Shown: piece after piece, positions 11,001 to 21,832 of the stretch
Numbering within the stretch: the stretch's first letter is position 1
Layout: every line of letters starts with the position of its first letter
Origin: Lingula anatina
Taxonomy: Eukaryota > Animalia > Brachiopoda
Assembly (NCBI GenBank): GCA_051362555.1
Contig: CM120645.1
Location: forward strand, 11,284,001-11,348,000
Reading direction: 5' to 3'
DNA: 64,000 nucleotides
The notes under the pieces: model-generated
Told to the model about the DNA's origin: nothing
The model's input: the letters and a program-made list of their open reading frames with translations, nothing else
Database searches by the model: none
Translations under genes and position numbers: made by a program

Positions 11001-14000
11001 ATGAGCTGGTCTGAACAAAACAATCGGCTAATCAAGAAGGTAAAATTTTAGTAGTTCCATGACAGTCAACATATTGGAGCCAACATATAGACATTAAACA
11101 TAAGGCAAAATGTGATGGAACAATGTTCTGTAGGTTCCAGGGCAGTGATGCGTTAGAACTAACAAATAGGCATTATACACAAGGCAAAATATGACATATA
11201 TGGGGGGATGAGACACATTAATTTAAAGAGGAAAAAAATAAAACATTTCTTATTTTGAAAAGTAGTTTGAATCATACATTAGCCTGAACTTAAAACAATG
11301 CTAAATGATACCTTTTTATTATACTTGTTTCATAATGGACGTAAAATAGTTTTAAAATGATCCCAGCATATGATGAAACCACAAGCGATCCAGTGTCTTT
11401 TGGAGCCAGGAAGTGTTGAGAACTAAACAAATAAATAGAGTAACAAATGAAATATTTTATTGATAATGTAACTAAACAAATCAAATTTCAGAGGACAAAA
11501 ACGGCGAAGATACTAGGAATACTTTTATTTTTGGCACGTCAAATCAATTCGAAGTTACACGTTAGGAGTACATACGTGCATATTTAATAGAACAAATACA
11601 GACAAGGCGCTTATTAGTACATATCGAGTTGTATTTGTTAAAAGAAGTGAACGGAACTGGAGGCGAAAAAAAGATCAATGACATTTCTGAGGTAGTCTAC
11701 AATCTTCTTGAATTATAATTCTATCTTGTAACATGTAAAGTGTAACAGGACTTTTGTAAAACCCTTGCAACTGATTGGTCACGCTGTTAGTCTAGATCAC
11801 AGCGCCATCTCGCGACAATTCTGAAATGATGTCTCCAAAATCAATATTTGAATGTCTGTATCCGTTCTTATCACATTTTAGGCATTTTCGACAAGAAAAT
11901 GGCATCGAAACTGTCAGATTGATTAAGCGTCTATCGAAATAGGGTATATTTAGATCCCTTTTCCACTTCTTATAATAAAATTAAAAATGCATTTACTTGT
12001 ACGCGTGTCCATAAATTCGATGTTTTATTCCATTTTTAATTTAATAAATTAGTTATAAATGACTGACCAGCCATCCAGACCACCGTGTCTTCCTGTGCGT
12101 TCCGGAAGAAACTGTCGACGTCGGGCGATTTTCTCCTTATTAAAGTCCGGATTGGGAAATATGAGAAGCTTTGAAGGATAGTCTATGTGGACAAAGCAAA
12201 TATGACTTTTGGATATTTTCAAAAAGCGTATAGTACAGCGTGTTGTGAAAGGGTCAAACGAAACATCTTTGTTAATTATAGCTAACTTTCCTGATTCTAA
12301 GTATTTAATAAGGCTCTTTAATAGGCATCTGTATAAGTAAAACGAAACATAGTTGTTGCGAATTTAAACCACTTTGTAATAAACATTTGCAAAGGTAAGA
12401 CGAAACATCTTTGCTGAAATTAGATTTTCTGATTTTACGATTTTAAAGACGTAACAAACAACTGACATTGCTGAGTGTCATTGTTTTTATCTTTTCATCA
12501 TCTTGGCCATTTAGCATTTAATGCAATATGATATACTATGTGCCTTTCATTTGATTTGGTTTTGTTGCCTAGGGTGTTTTATTTGTTATTTATAGGTTGT
12601 GAATAGTTACATTGTAAAAAACGTTCACCTTTACGAAATTATAATAAACCGTTGAAAATTTATTTTCTCTTCACGGTAATTTACATAATTTATCAACCAA
12701 TTTGCATTTACGTGAGCGCATCTATTTTTGAATACGTTTCGAATCACTATACGGACTATACGGAGCAAGGAAAGCCGTTTACGCGAGGCCCACAAGAAAA
12801 ATGGTTAAAAAAACGACCCTTGAAGACGCCGCAGAAGCCGCTCTAATCTCTATCGCCATTTGTGAGTATTTGTGGTGATTAATGCGTTATGTCATTTGGG
12901 GACAATTTATTACTTTCATAAAGTAATTGTGCTCTGTATAATTGTCACAAGCAGTCAATCATGGCATGCAATAAGATCGCTAGCGTTGATAATGGTCCAA
13001 TTATATGGTAGTCTAAGGGAGGCGGACTCCTGTACAATGCTATTGGCACCTTATTAAAAGGTTGGCATTTTTTTCGTTAATTGAGAAGCGTGCAACTTAG
13101 CTAACTAACAGCCGCATGGCATTGGTCGCGTCCTCTACTAATGTATCTGTTGATTCCTAAAGACATATAGAAAACACATGAAAAATGATTTCGTAATGTC
13201 TTGGTTCAGAGTTTCTATTATCTAATGGGATAGCGACAAAGTGCAGAAAAGTCAGCAGGATCGGTGACTACTCAGTAATAATCTATGTGTTCGAGTGCCG
13301 AAAAAATACACTACTGCAGAGTGTTTTTGCCAAATTAGAGAATGTCTATATAGAATGATTACAATTATAATCACAGCCCTTTTCTCAGATAATAAGTGTT
13401 ATTATAGCCTAATTCGTTACCCCCTCTTGCTGAAAATCTGCGAAAATGGTAGTCCGGTGTGGTCCGTTAGGGAAGGCGGATGGTACTGTTGATAAATTGA
13501 ACTCGCCTAACTGTAGTGATAGAAGCAGTACATTTGGTACACTGGAAGTGATAGTACCATTTGGCCCTTTTGTAAACAATATGTAGCAGGACCTCAGCGA
13601 GTCAGTTGGGTTTAGTTACAAAATCCGCGCTATTAATGTGGTGTACAATTATGAAATGCAACTTTTTTGTTGCTTCCTGTGTCTCGGCCAGTGAAAGTTG
13701 AGTTAAGGGCACACCAAAATATCTTAAGTTAATAGACAAGGCGTGGGCAGGAATGTGACGACTTGATCTGAGTACAAATGTCGATATTTCTATCATCTCT
13801 TTATAAAAGATGATGCATTACACCCAGTAACAGGTGAGCTTAATATGAATGAGGTGCCAAAATTGGAAATTAATAAAGCACGATTGATACCCGTTTTGTC
13901 CAATGCGACAAATACATACCATGGAAAACATACTACACAAAGGGTTTAGTTTAAATTATACATAGTGTCTATGAAGAAAAAATTATCCAAATGCATGTTG

Positions 14001-15016
14001 AAACAGAACACAACACCTAACTCAAGATAGGTCTGATAATTTTTGAGGCACGTATTCGTTTTTCTTTCAATTTGGTATTACTGAAAAGATATTCGACTAT
14101 TTCGACAGAAGACACCTTACTGGTTTCTGCAAGAACAGTGCAAATGGTCTTAGCTTGGTTCGTCGATTTAACAAACATGGCCAAGAAATGCAGTCTGGTT
14201 TTGTATGAATTAATGATAACGCAACGATCAATCTGTCTTTATGTCTACAAATTTGTCGCCTCGACAACAATACCAAGATATTAAATTTTCATGTCAAGTG
14301 TTAAGGCGTGACTGTGTTTGTACTTCATCTGAAAAGAAAGTACCCAAAAAGAAGAATTAAATAAAAGAAAAAATTCATTGTAAACATATAGCTCACGCTG
14401 AAGGAGCGTGAAGTCTTCTTCTTCTAGGTAAGTTATGAGTGAATGATGTGTTCCGGTTTAAGGAAACTCCACTTGAATGAAGAAAGAAGAAAAAGAGTGG
14501 GCATGATGCACTACTCAGGGGAAATTGAAAATGCAGCGAAGCTTTCGATTTGAAAGATGTTCATTTCTTGAGATAAATTCATAAAGCATTCAGCAACAGG
14601 TTGTGGCGTTGATGGTAGAGAGAACACAGGTCTGCACTGTGGATGCAATTCAAAATGATCGGCTGCCAAAATTGCCTTTCAAAGTTCCCTTTATTTGTCG
14701 CTGTTAACAACGGTCACTATTTTTTAAAATCTATTCTTTCTCCAACCAACCAACCAGATGTTTAGATATACCACAAATTCTGAGTGCACGCCAACTAAAA
14801 CGAAATCCTCTGGTAAAAAATATCTGTTTGTTTTGACAACACTCTTCCTGAATTATTACCTTAAGCCCGACGGATTATCCAGTAAATTCCCAGAAAACAC
14901 TATAATACAAATAGCATTTATGCGGCCCATAAAATTAATTGCAGGCGCCTCGGCTTAGCATGAAATCTTAATTTTGTACTCTCTACCGCAGTGATCCTTG
15001 TGGGTTAATTGTGAAG

Positions 15017-15194
15017 TGACGTCATGGTGCTCTGTCCGTCCATCTGCCTGGTACTGTACTATCACAAAGCAGAGTAGAATATGCAAATGAGCCAACCGCG
15101 GCTTAGCTCTCAGTTATTATGACGTAGAAGGGATCGCCACTTTTACTTCCCTCTCGCAGGCGGTTACTCTTATAAAGGCCCCTGCGAGTCAGTT
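15017..15194 (+). promoter_or_regulatory. Candidate proximal regulatory region of the neuropeptide gene (CRE, octamer, TATA-like)
   Basis: Perfect CRE TGACGTCA 15017-15024, octamer ATGCAAAT 15081-15088, half-CRE TGACG 15120-15124 and TATAAA 15171-15176. A strong acceptor-like TTTTACTTCCCTCTCGCAG ends at 15159, so these motifs could instead be intronic. Confidence 0.45.
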
Positions 15195-15225
15195 GGGTTA
15201 TAATGAAGAAGGCAAGATAAGCGCG

Positions 15226-15789
15226 ATGCATCCCCCAGTTTTGTTTTGTTTCGTATGTGCACAATTCCTTGTTACCTTTTCCTTGGAAACTTTGCCAGTT
15301 GTCTCCTCACTGCAGCAGCTGCCTTACCAGCCACAAGATGATGCAAAGCACGCAGACGACATTTCAACAAATGACGAGAACATGCTGGAAGACCTAGAGG
15401 GGATATTTTTTGGGAGGGAGCCCCCCGAACAACACCATTCTCTCTATCCGGTCGTGAACCAAGACACCTTTGGACTTTATCAGAGATTTGACAAAAGGCG
15501 AGACTTCATGGGCAAACGAAACGCAGAGATGAGTAAACGTAACGAGGCCTTAGCAAAAAGAAGAGACTTTATCGGAAAGAGGCGTGACTTTATGGGCAAG
15601 CGACGGAGTTTTATGGGAAGGCGCTCTGAGGCGGAGGACTTTCCCAAAAGCAGAACTTTAAGTGGCAAGAAGTCAGGCGACGATGCCTATGCACTCCTGT
15701 TAAAAAAGAACCGCGGGTTTATGGGGAAGCGGACCCGAGGATTCATGGGGAAGAGAATCAACTTTCAGGTCACAGAGGTGAGAATGTAG
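15226..15789 (+). CDS. Neuropeptide precursor yielding RxFM/RxFI-amide peptides
   Basis: ATG at 15226 and a hydrophobic signal (MHPPVLFCFVCAQFLVTFS). An acidic spacer is followed by Gly + dibasic flanked repeats: RDFMG-KR x2, RDFIG-KR, RSFMG-RR, NRGFMG-KR, TRGFMG-KR. Single coding exon of 187 aa. Confidence 0.93.
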   Translation: MHPPVLFCFVCAQFLVTFSLETLPVVSSLQQLPYQPQDDAKHADDISTNDENMLEDLEGIFFGREPPEQHHSLYPVVNQDTFGLYQRFDKRRDFMGKRNAEMSKRNEALAKRRDFIGKRRDFMGKRRSFMGRRSEAEDFPKSRTLSGKKSGDDAYALLLKKNRGFMGKRTRGFMGKRINFQVTEVRM

Positions 15790-17171
15790 TGAGTTTTTTT
15801 ACTGTTTTGACCAAGCTGAAAAAACGATACTGGTTGATAGTTAATAACCTTTACATCATTTGATAACAGTAGCAGAAGGCATCAGTTACTGAGAAGTCAT
15901 CTCGCAAAAATTCAGTCCTTAAATAATATAATTTACATTATTCATGCTACAAAACATATTCTAAGCAAATAGAATTAATTTTGAATTTTTTGCAGTAAAA
16001 TGTGATTGCATATATTAATGAATTCCCGTGATTGTGGATACCTTTATGCCCCCCCCAAAAAAAACAGGACTTGCAGTTTGTTAGGGGCTTATGTTTTTTG
16101 TATGAATAGAAAAAAATTCTTCCAAAAACACATGGCATCTTCACATTGTTTGATTTTGAAACATCGATTTAAAGCAGCTACTGGATTTTGATAATTACAT
16201 GTTCTCTTTACTGTACCATTTTCTCCTTAATACTTTATACTGCTCCCGAGGACCTTTATTGTGTTTTATAAAAATAATCGTCTACTCACCTATAGGTCCA
16301 ATGTAGATCTGAATTTTAAAAAAGTCTTTAAAATAATGATTCTCTGAATAAGATTTTTACAGAAAATACTGTTTGTGTTCCTTTGTGTACGTTTGTGACG
16401 TAGGATGCAGCTGAAAAGGCACCGATATTCCAATGTGACTTTAATCTACATATACAAGTAAATGTATGTACATGTATATAAGTCCATTATAAACTTTTTT
16501 ATTTGTACCTCTGTTTTTGTATATGATTCTGCAAACAACTGAAAAGACTGAAAGTAATGTCAATATCTACCTCTATTCTTCTCTTATACATTATTACTGG
16601 TACTTTACAGTGATTTGTGACTCTGTGTGCGATTGAAGAGATAAATTGCCAATTTCGTTTATATCTACAACTATCTAATTAAGAGATAGAAATATTGCCC
16701 ACAGTCGTCGGGATTGCATTACTTGCCCTAAGTCCCATTCGGCAAAATAGAGAACATTACTTAGACGACAGACGAATTTCACATGTGTGTTCATTACCTT
16801 ACAATTATGTAACTGGTGGATACATTCAATAGACACTGAAAGCCACTGAATGACTATAATGGTCCGGTTTCAGAAAATGCCATTTTCCGGAAACTGCTCT
16901 TATTTTTTGGGACATCATTTGAGGCTAGTTCGACCCAGGCTAAAGCAGCAGTAGTTTCATTAATTGAATTTTTTGTCTTTTTTACTACTGAGAAGTACAG
17001 GACAATGTTTCAGACAATTAAGTCCTAAGATTATCTAAATATATACTACTTTGGATTTTGCTTGAACTGAAATAGACCAATATTTAGTTTTAAAGTTTAC
17101 TCCCGTTCTTTGCCTGAAGCCCTTAGTTATTACGAGACGTTTTGTAGCCGTAGTGAGCGTAGGAAGATAAT

Positions 17172-17173
17172 GT

Positions 17174-17204
<31 letters not shown>

Positions 17205-17222
17205 GGGCGGGGGGGGGGGGGG
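17172..17222. repeat. (TG)n plus long G-run
   Basis: TG repeat followed by about 35 G with one C interruption. A similar TG + G-run lies at 28522-28564. Confidence 0.85.
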
Positions 17223-17725
17223 CTTAATATTCTCCATTCATTAGTGGTGGGTGGGTTTGGTGGGATCCAACCTTGAATCCCTCCCGCTCCTACGCCTATG
17301 GTAGAAGTGCAGGCGATTTCCTTTATTTCTGATTGCCAGCTTTGCTACTATAAACTTTACCCACCGAATCCTGGGACGCCGTGTGACATTCAGTACGTTA
17401 TAGTTGTCCGGCAGTTGACCTTTGATACGAAACCCAGGGTCTGCCGTTAACCTTCAGAACGATGACTGACCTGGGCTTGACCTTCTTATCGACAGTCTGA
17501 TATTTTCTTTGAAGTTGGAGGTTCCCAATATGCTTGACAAATGCCAACATTTTCGTGCCACAGTCTTCAAGGACCATTTGAGCGATTATTTTGAGTGCTT
17601 TTTTTATTTTTCGGGACAAACGCAGTGGTTTAAGCATTTCTCGTATATATTTTATAGTGTAAAGTTATGTATGTATTTTATAGTGTAAACTTCACAGAGG
17701 ACTGATCCGCCATTGCCATCAATTG

Positions 17726-20378
17726 ATGGCGTTAATACAAATAGGTAAATTATCTTATGACTCCCCAACGCTCCCCACCAACCCCTTAATAGAACCTAAT
17801 TTGCCATTCCCGGAACATAAACACAATCACCTAACACATTTCAGGGGAAGGAAATAGTGTAGCTGTCTAAATTTTGCGTGCCTATTTTAATTACATCATT
17901 TATAAATCTAGCACGCTCTCATTACGTCCCCGTTCTCAATAACCTTAGCTGTCGAGAGAGTGCGCCCTCCATTAGATCCCCACAGGTTAGAGTAAACGTG
18001 ACGTAAGTGGGTCAAAATCAGGCCTTGCTTGTATAAATCAGTGGGAACCGGACTCTCTCTATCGTGGGTCACTTTATTTATCCTGGCAGTTATCTTGTCT
18101 GGGATTTCCCCAGGGATTGCGTCAGTAAGTATTGTTTAAGGGGATTGGTGGGGATTCGCAGCTTCCTTTTTTGCTGGATAATGGGGTGGGTGCTACTGGT
18201 CTGATATGCTCTGGCAATATCAGATTAGAGCATTGAGGTAGTTTTGCATTGGCAATACATTTTTGGTGTAAAAATAAATAATGATAATGGCATCCATAGT
18301 ACCATGAAGCAGCGGCAATGTACCTTTAATGAAACTGAGGGAGCCCTTTGTTAATTAACCTTTCTTTCATTTACAAATTGTGTTCCAGACCTAACTATCA
18401 TTTATGTTAGGTCAACCTTTCTATATTATCGAGCCAACATCAAGTTCCAGAATGTCGTTAGCATTGGTAGGTTAGCAAACTTAAGTACACGTAAACTAGC
18501 GACAGAGCTGACGAAGTCTATTATTAAACACTTTCAAGTACTGTTATTTTGTAACCTTGAAATGATATAACGTAGCCTAAATCGACATGTGCTTTAATGC
18601 ATCGCTTAATAACCCAGGCCTCTACCAAATGACCGATAATTAACTTAAAAACGTATTTCTTGCTTCATCGTGTTTTTGCCGTGTTGATAAATGAGCTTTC
18701 CGTTGAAGATCGCTGCAGCCTGAATAGCTCCAGAAAACAGCGGCAGTGACATCTTCCTCGAGCCAATGCTTACTTTCTCTGCGATCAATGGAGAAGAACA
18801 CAAAGGGCTTTTTCATCTGTTTGTTTTACGTGGGTTGTCGCTTGAATGGGTACATAGAAATTGCTGCGGTTAGATCCGGTAATTAAAGAAGTTACAGGAA
18901 CGATGATATGTCACGCCGTCACGGACGTGCGACGACGTTTAGATAGTTTGGCTTAAGCTAGAAAGGGTCATGTTAGGTAAAAGATACCAATAAGATAAAA
19001 GTAAATGGTGGGATAACTTTTGTTTTAAGGGAAACTTCAAATTAGTTGTATTTTTCACACCCACATTACCATTTAACTGAACTCTCTTCTGTTTTCTGAA
19101 CAGTTTCATTTTATTTCTTAAAAATAGTCATCGCTTTTTTTATGATGTGCTTTTTTGTTTGTTTATTTATTTCTTAATTGTAATAAAACTTATTGATAAG
19201 AATTATTAAATCACTTTCTGAGGAATGGAATTTAGCCAGTCCTTCAGAAGGGTGCGTCTGTCATGAGTACTTGGCTACATTTGGCACAAGTAATCTCCAA
19301 CATAGATATATAAGTTGAAAGGCAACCAGCCCTTAATTTATAAAATCAAGAGAAGTCTATCTGACCGTATGTGGATGCTGTTAGGCAATGGATAGAAAAT
19401 TGACAAATTCGACATATTTTTTTAAATTTCATATTTCAAAACGAACCATTTTTTGCAAAACTACCGAAGACCCGTAGTGTTTGTGTTGCTGTAATACAGA
19501 AAGAATAATGAAAGATACAACCCAAAAATATACCCAATATGTGTGAAGGTCGAAAACTGAAATCAAAGGGAGTTTTCAAGAACGTCTGTTAACATGCAGC
19601 CTTTAATGTCCTCTTTAATGCATGGTTGTCCCTGAACGAGAATATTTCATTGACGGCCAGTCTTTTTGAAAATAAAGTTACATCCAAATTAAGTACAAAA
19701 TTTAATAAAATAAATGATATCAAACAAAACACGTGGCCAAGGAGTCCTGAGAATTCCACACTTACTAGTGCTACCGTACCGAAATCACATGGAAATAAAT
19801 CAAAGTTATTTTCCTAACGAGTTTACCCATTCCCAGTTTATTATCACTCCTGGTAAGGGAATTAAGAAACGCGCCCTACAGGTTATGAAATTAATTACGA
19901 AAGTCAAAGGCGATTTTTATAGCACTCATTAATTGGCACTGCAATATTGCTTCCCTTTTATATTATTGCCAATAAAGCTTTCCTGTCAGCTACTGAAGAT
20001 ATTTAAACTGGTAATTTGGAATTAGTGGCATGATTTGTGCGATTCTGAATATGTCAAGACGATTCCATTGGCTGTCAGTTATGCCAACTCATTGGCGACT
20101 GGTTTCAGGTTTTCTGGAACATTTTAAGGCAACGGAGCACATTGTTGGTGGGAATTACACCGTATCCAAACTACGTTTTGTTTTCTTTTCAATTTCAATC
20201 GTATGCGCCAATATCCATATCTATCTTTCACTGCAATAAGCGTTTGGAGTTTGACATCATAGTTCAATTGTTGAAGTTTTGAAGTTCAATTGTTCACCGC
20301 ATGGAAAATTAAATCGTTATAATGGTTTGCAATAAAGGAATGTCCTTTACTTTGATGAGATGAATGGCGCTTTTACAT

Positions 20379-20417
<39 letters not shown>

Positions 20418-20527
20418 TTTTTGTTTTTGGCATAAAAGATGCCTACATGTATATTATGACTAATACAGAAAAAATGTTCTGACATATCTCGGAAAAGAAA
20501 AATTATTGTGATATTTGTTCAATAATA

Positions 20528-20578
<51 letters not shown>

Positions 20579-21832
20579 GGTATGCAAGATGCTTTCCACG
20601 TCGGAGGGGAGGGGGGAGGTTGAAAGATGATCCCAATGACTTAAAAAAAATTTTGGTCTTCTTTTCAGGAAGGTTTAAAATGGGGTCTTATGGACAAATT
20701 TAGCAAAGAATTTCACCAGCTGTATTCTGTACTCGAAATTACAATGATAGCTTCTCCAAAGTACAGCAAAACGAAATAGCTATTCTTGGGGGGGAGGGGG
20801 GGGCTGTCATTGGTATAAAGGTGTATTTTGGGTTTACCTTGAATCCACTAAATTATATGACGTGCTAACTGGCAATCAATCTTCCACTTTGCCCTCTTAT
20901 CGACTCAAACGTTGGCGAAAATGATTGACGTTAAATATCTCTCACAAATATTGATTAGAAAATTGTTCATATTTGACATATATGGCAGAGCGAAGGTTGA
21001 CATCCGTTTTCACTTAGGTTGATAACTTGAGATTTCGATATAAATCAAGCGATATAGGGACTATATCTAGGATTGTCTGGGAGATAATCGAATGACACCT
21101 CGAATGTTTAACCGAAAATTGCTCTTAATTGGCTGTTTCGAGAGAAATAGAGACACTCCTGTTATAAATCATTCGTTGTTTATGTTGAGGGCAAAGATTA
21201 ATGTATAGTCGCTTCTGACATTATTTTGTTGATAGAGTGATATTATGTGGACATTAATAAGTCAGCTGGCAGGCGGTAAAATGCACTTACCACATAATAT
21301 CAACGTGTCCACTTTCCTTACGCCTGGATTTTAATTCTATCATTAAGAGACAAACCATGTCAACTAAGCTGTTCAAGATTTACTTAATATCTGATAGAAA
21401 TTCTTAACTTTTTTATTCTTTTTTGTCATGTTTTTTTAACAGGGCAGCGCCGAGGATTTTAACGCCGTAGAAATAAAATTCCCAAAATCTACTTGTGTAT
21501 ATAATTAGCTTTAGGTAATTCCTTATCATTATTTATTATCCCTCTATCCATTTTTGTCGTTACAGGACACAGGCTTTGACACCAATGGTGAGAACACCAG
21601 CGAAGGCAGATGCCGAACCAACCAAGACTGCAGCACCGACGCTAGCTGTTGCACCCTCTACCTGCCCTGGCTCGCGACCACGCAATGCCTGCCAAGAGGC
21701 AACGAGGGAGATGTCTGCGTACCGGAGCACTTGCACAAACCGACCGAACACTACTTCTGTCCTTGCCTACAGGGTCTGCGATGTGACGTAATAGGGGACT
21801 CAACAGACCGTGGAATTTGTATTAGAACCTGA
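17726..21832 (+). CDS. Prokineticin/astakine-like (colipase-fold, 10-Cys) secreted protein
   Basis: Last exon 21566-21832 has C-x5-C-x5-CC-x11-C-x9-C-x13-C-x-C-x5-C-x11-C with the 'CLPRGNEGDVC' and 'CPCLQGLRC' hallmarks. Proposed upstream exons are 17726-17744 (ATG..G|gtaaat), 18042-18124 (signal: MALIQIVGTGLSLSWVTLFILAVILSGISPGIAS|gtaagt) and a 24-nt exon 21443-21466. The last exon is high confidence; the 5' exons are moderate. Confidence 0.8.
20521..20578. repeat. (AAT)n microsatellite
   Basis: Near-pure AAT run. An (ATTT)n run lies nearby at about 20377-20420. Confidence 0.9.

Noticed and set aside
15193-15225. Upstream TTG start given by the ORF track for the neuropeptide
   Set aside because: Eukaryotic gene; ATG 15226 directly precedes the signal peptide.
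17398-17637. 79-aa minus-strand ORF with natural-looking composition
   Set aside because: No recognisable motif or linked exons; cannot be supported without a search.
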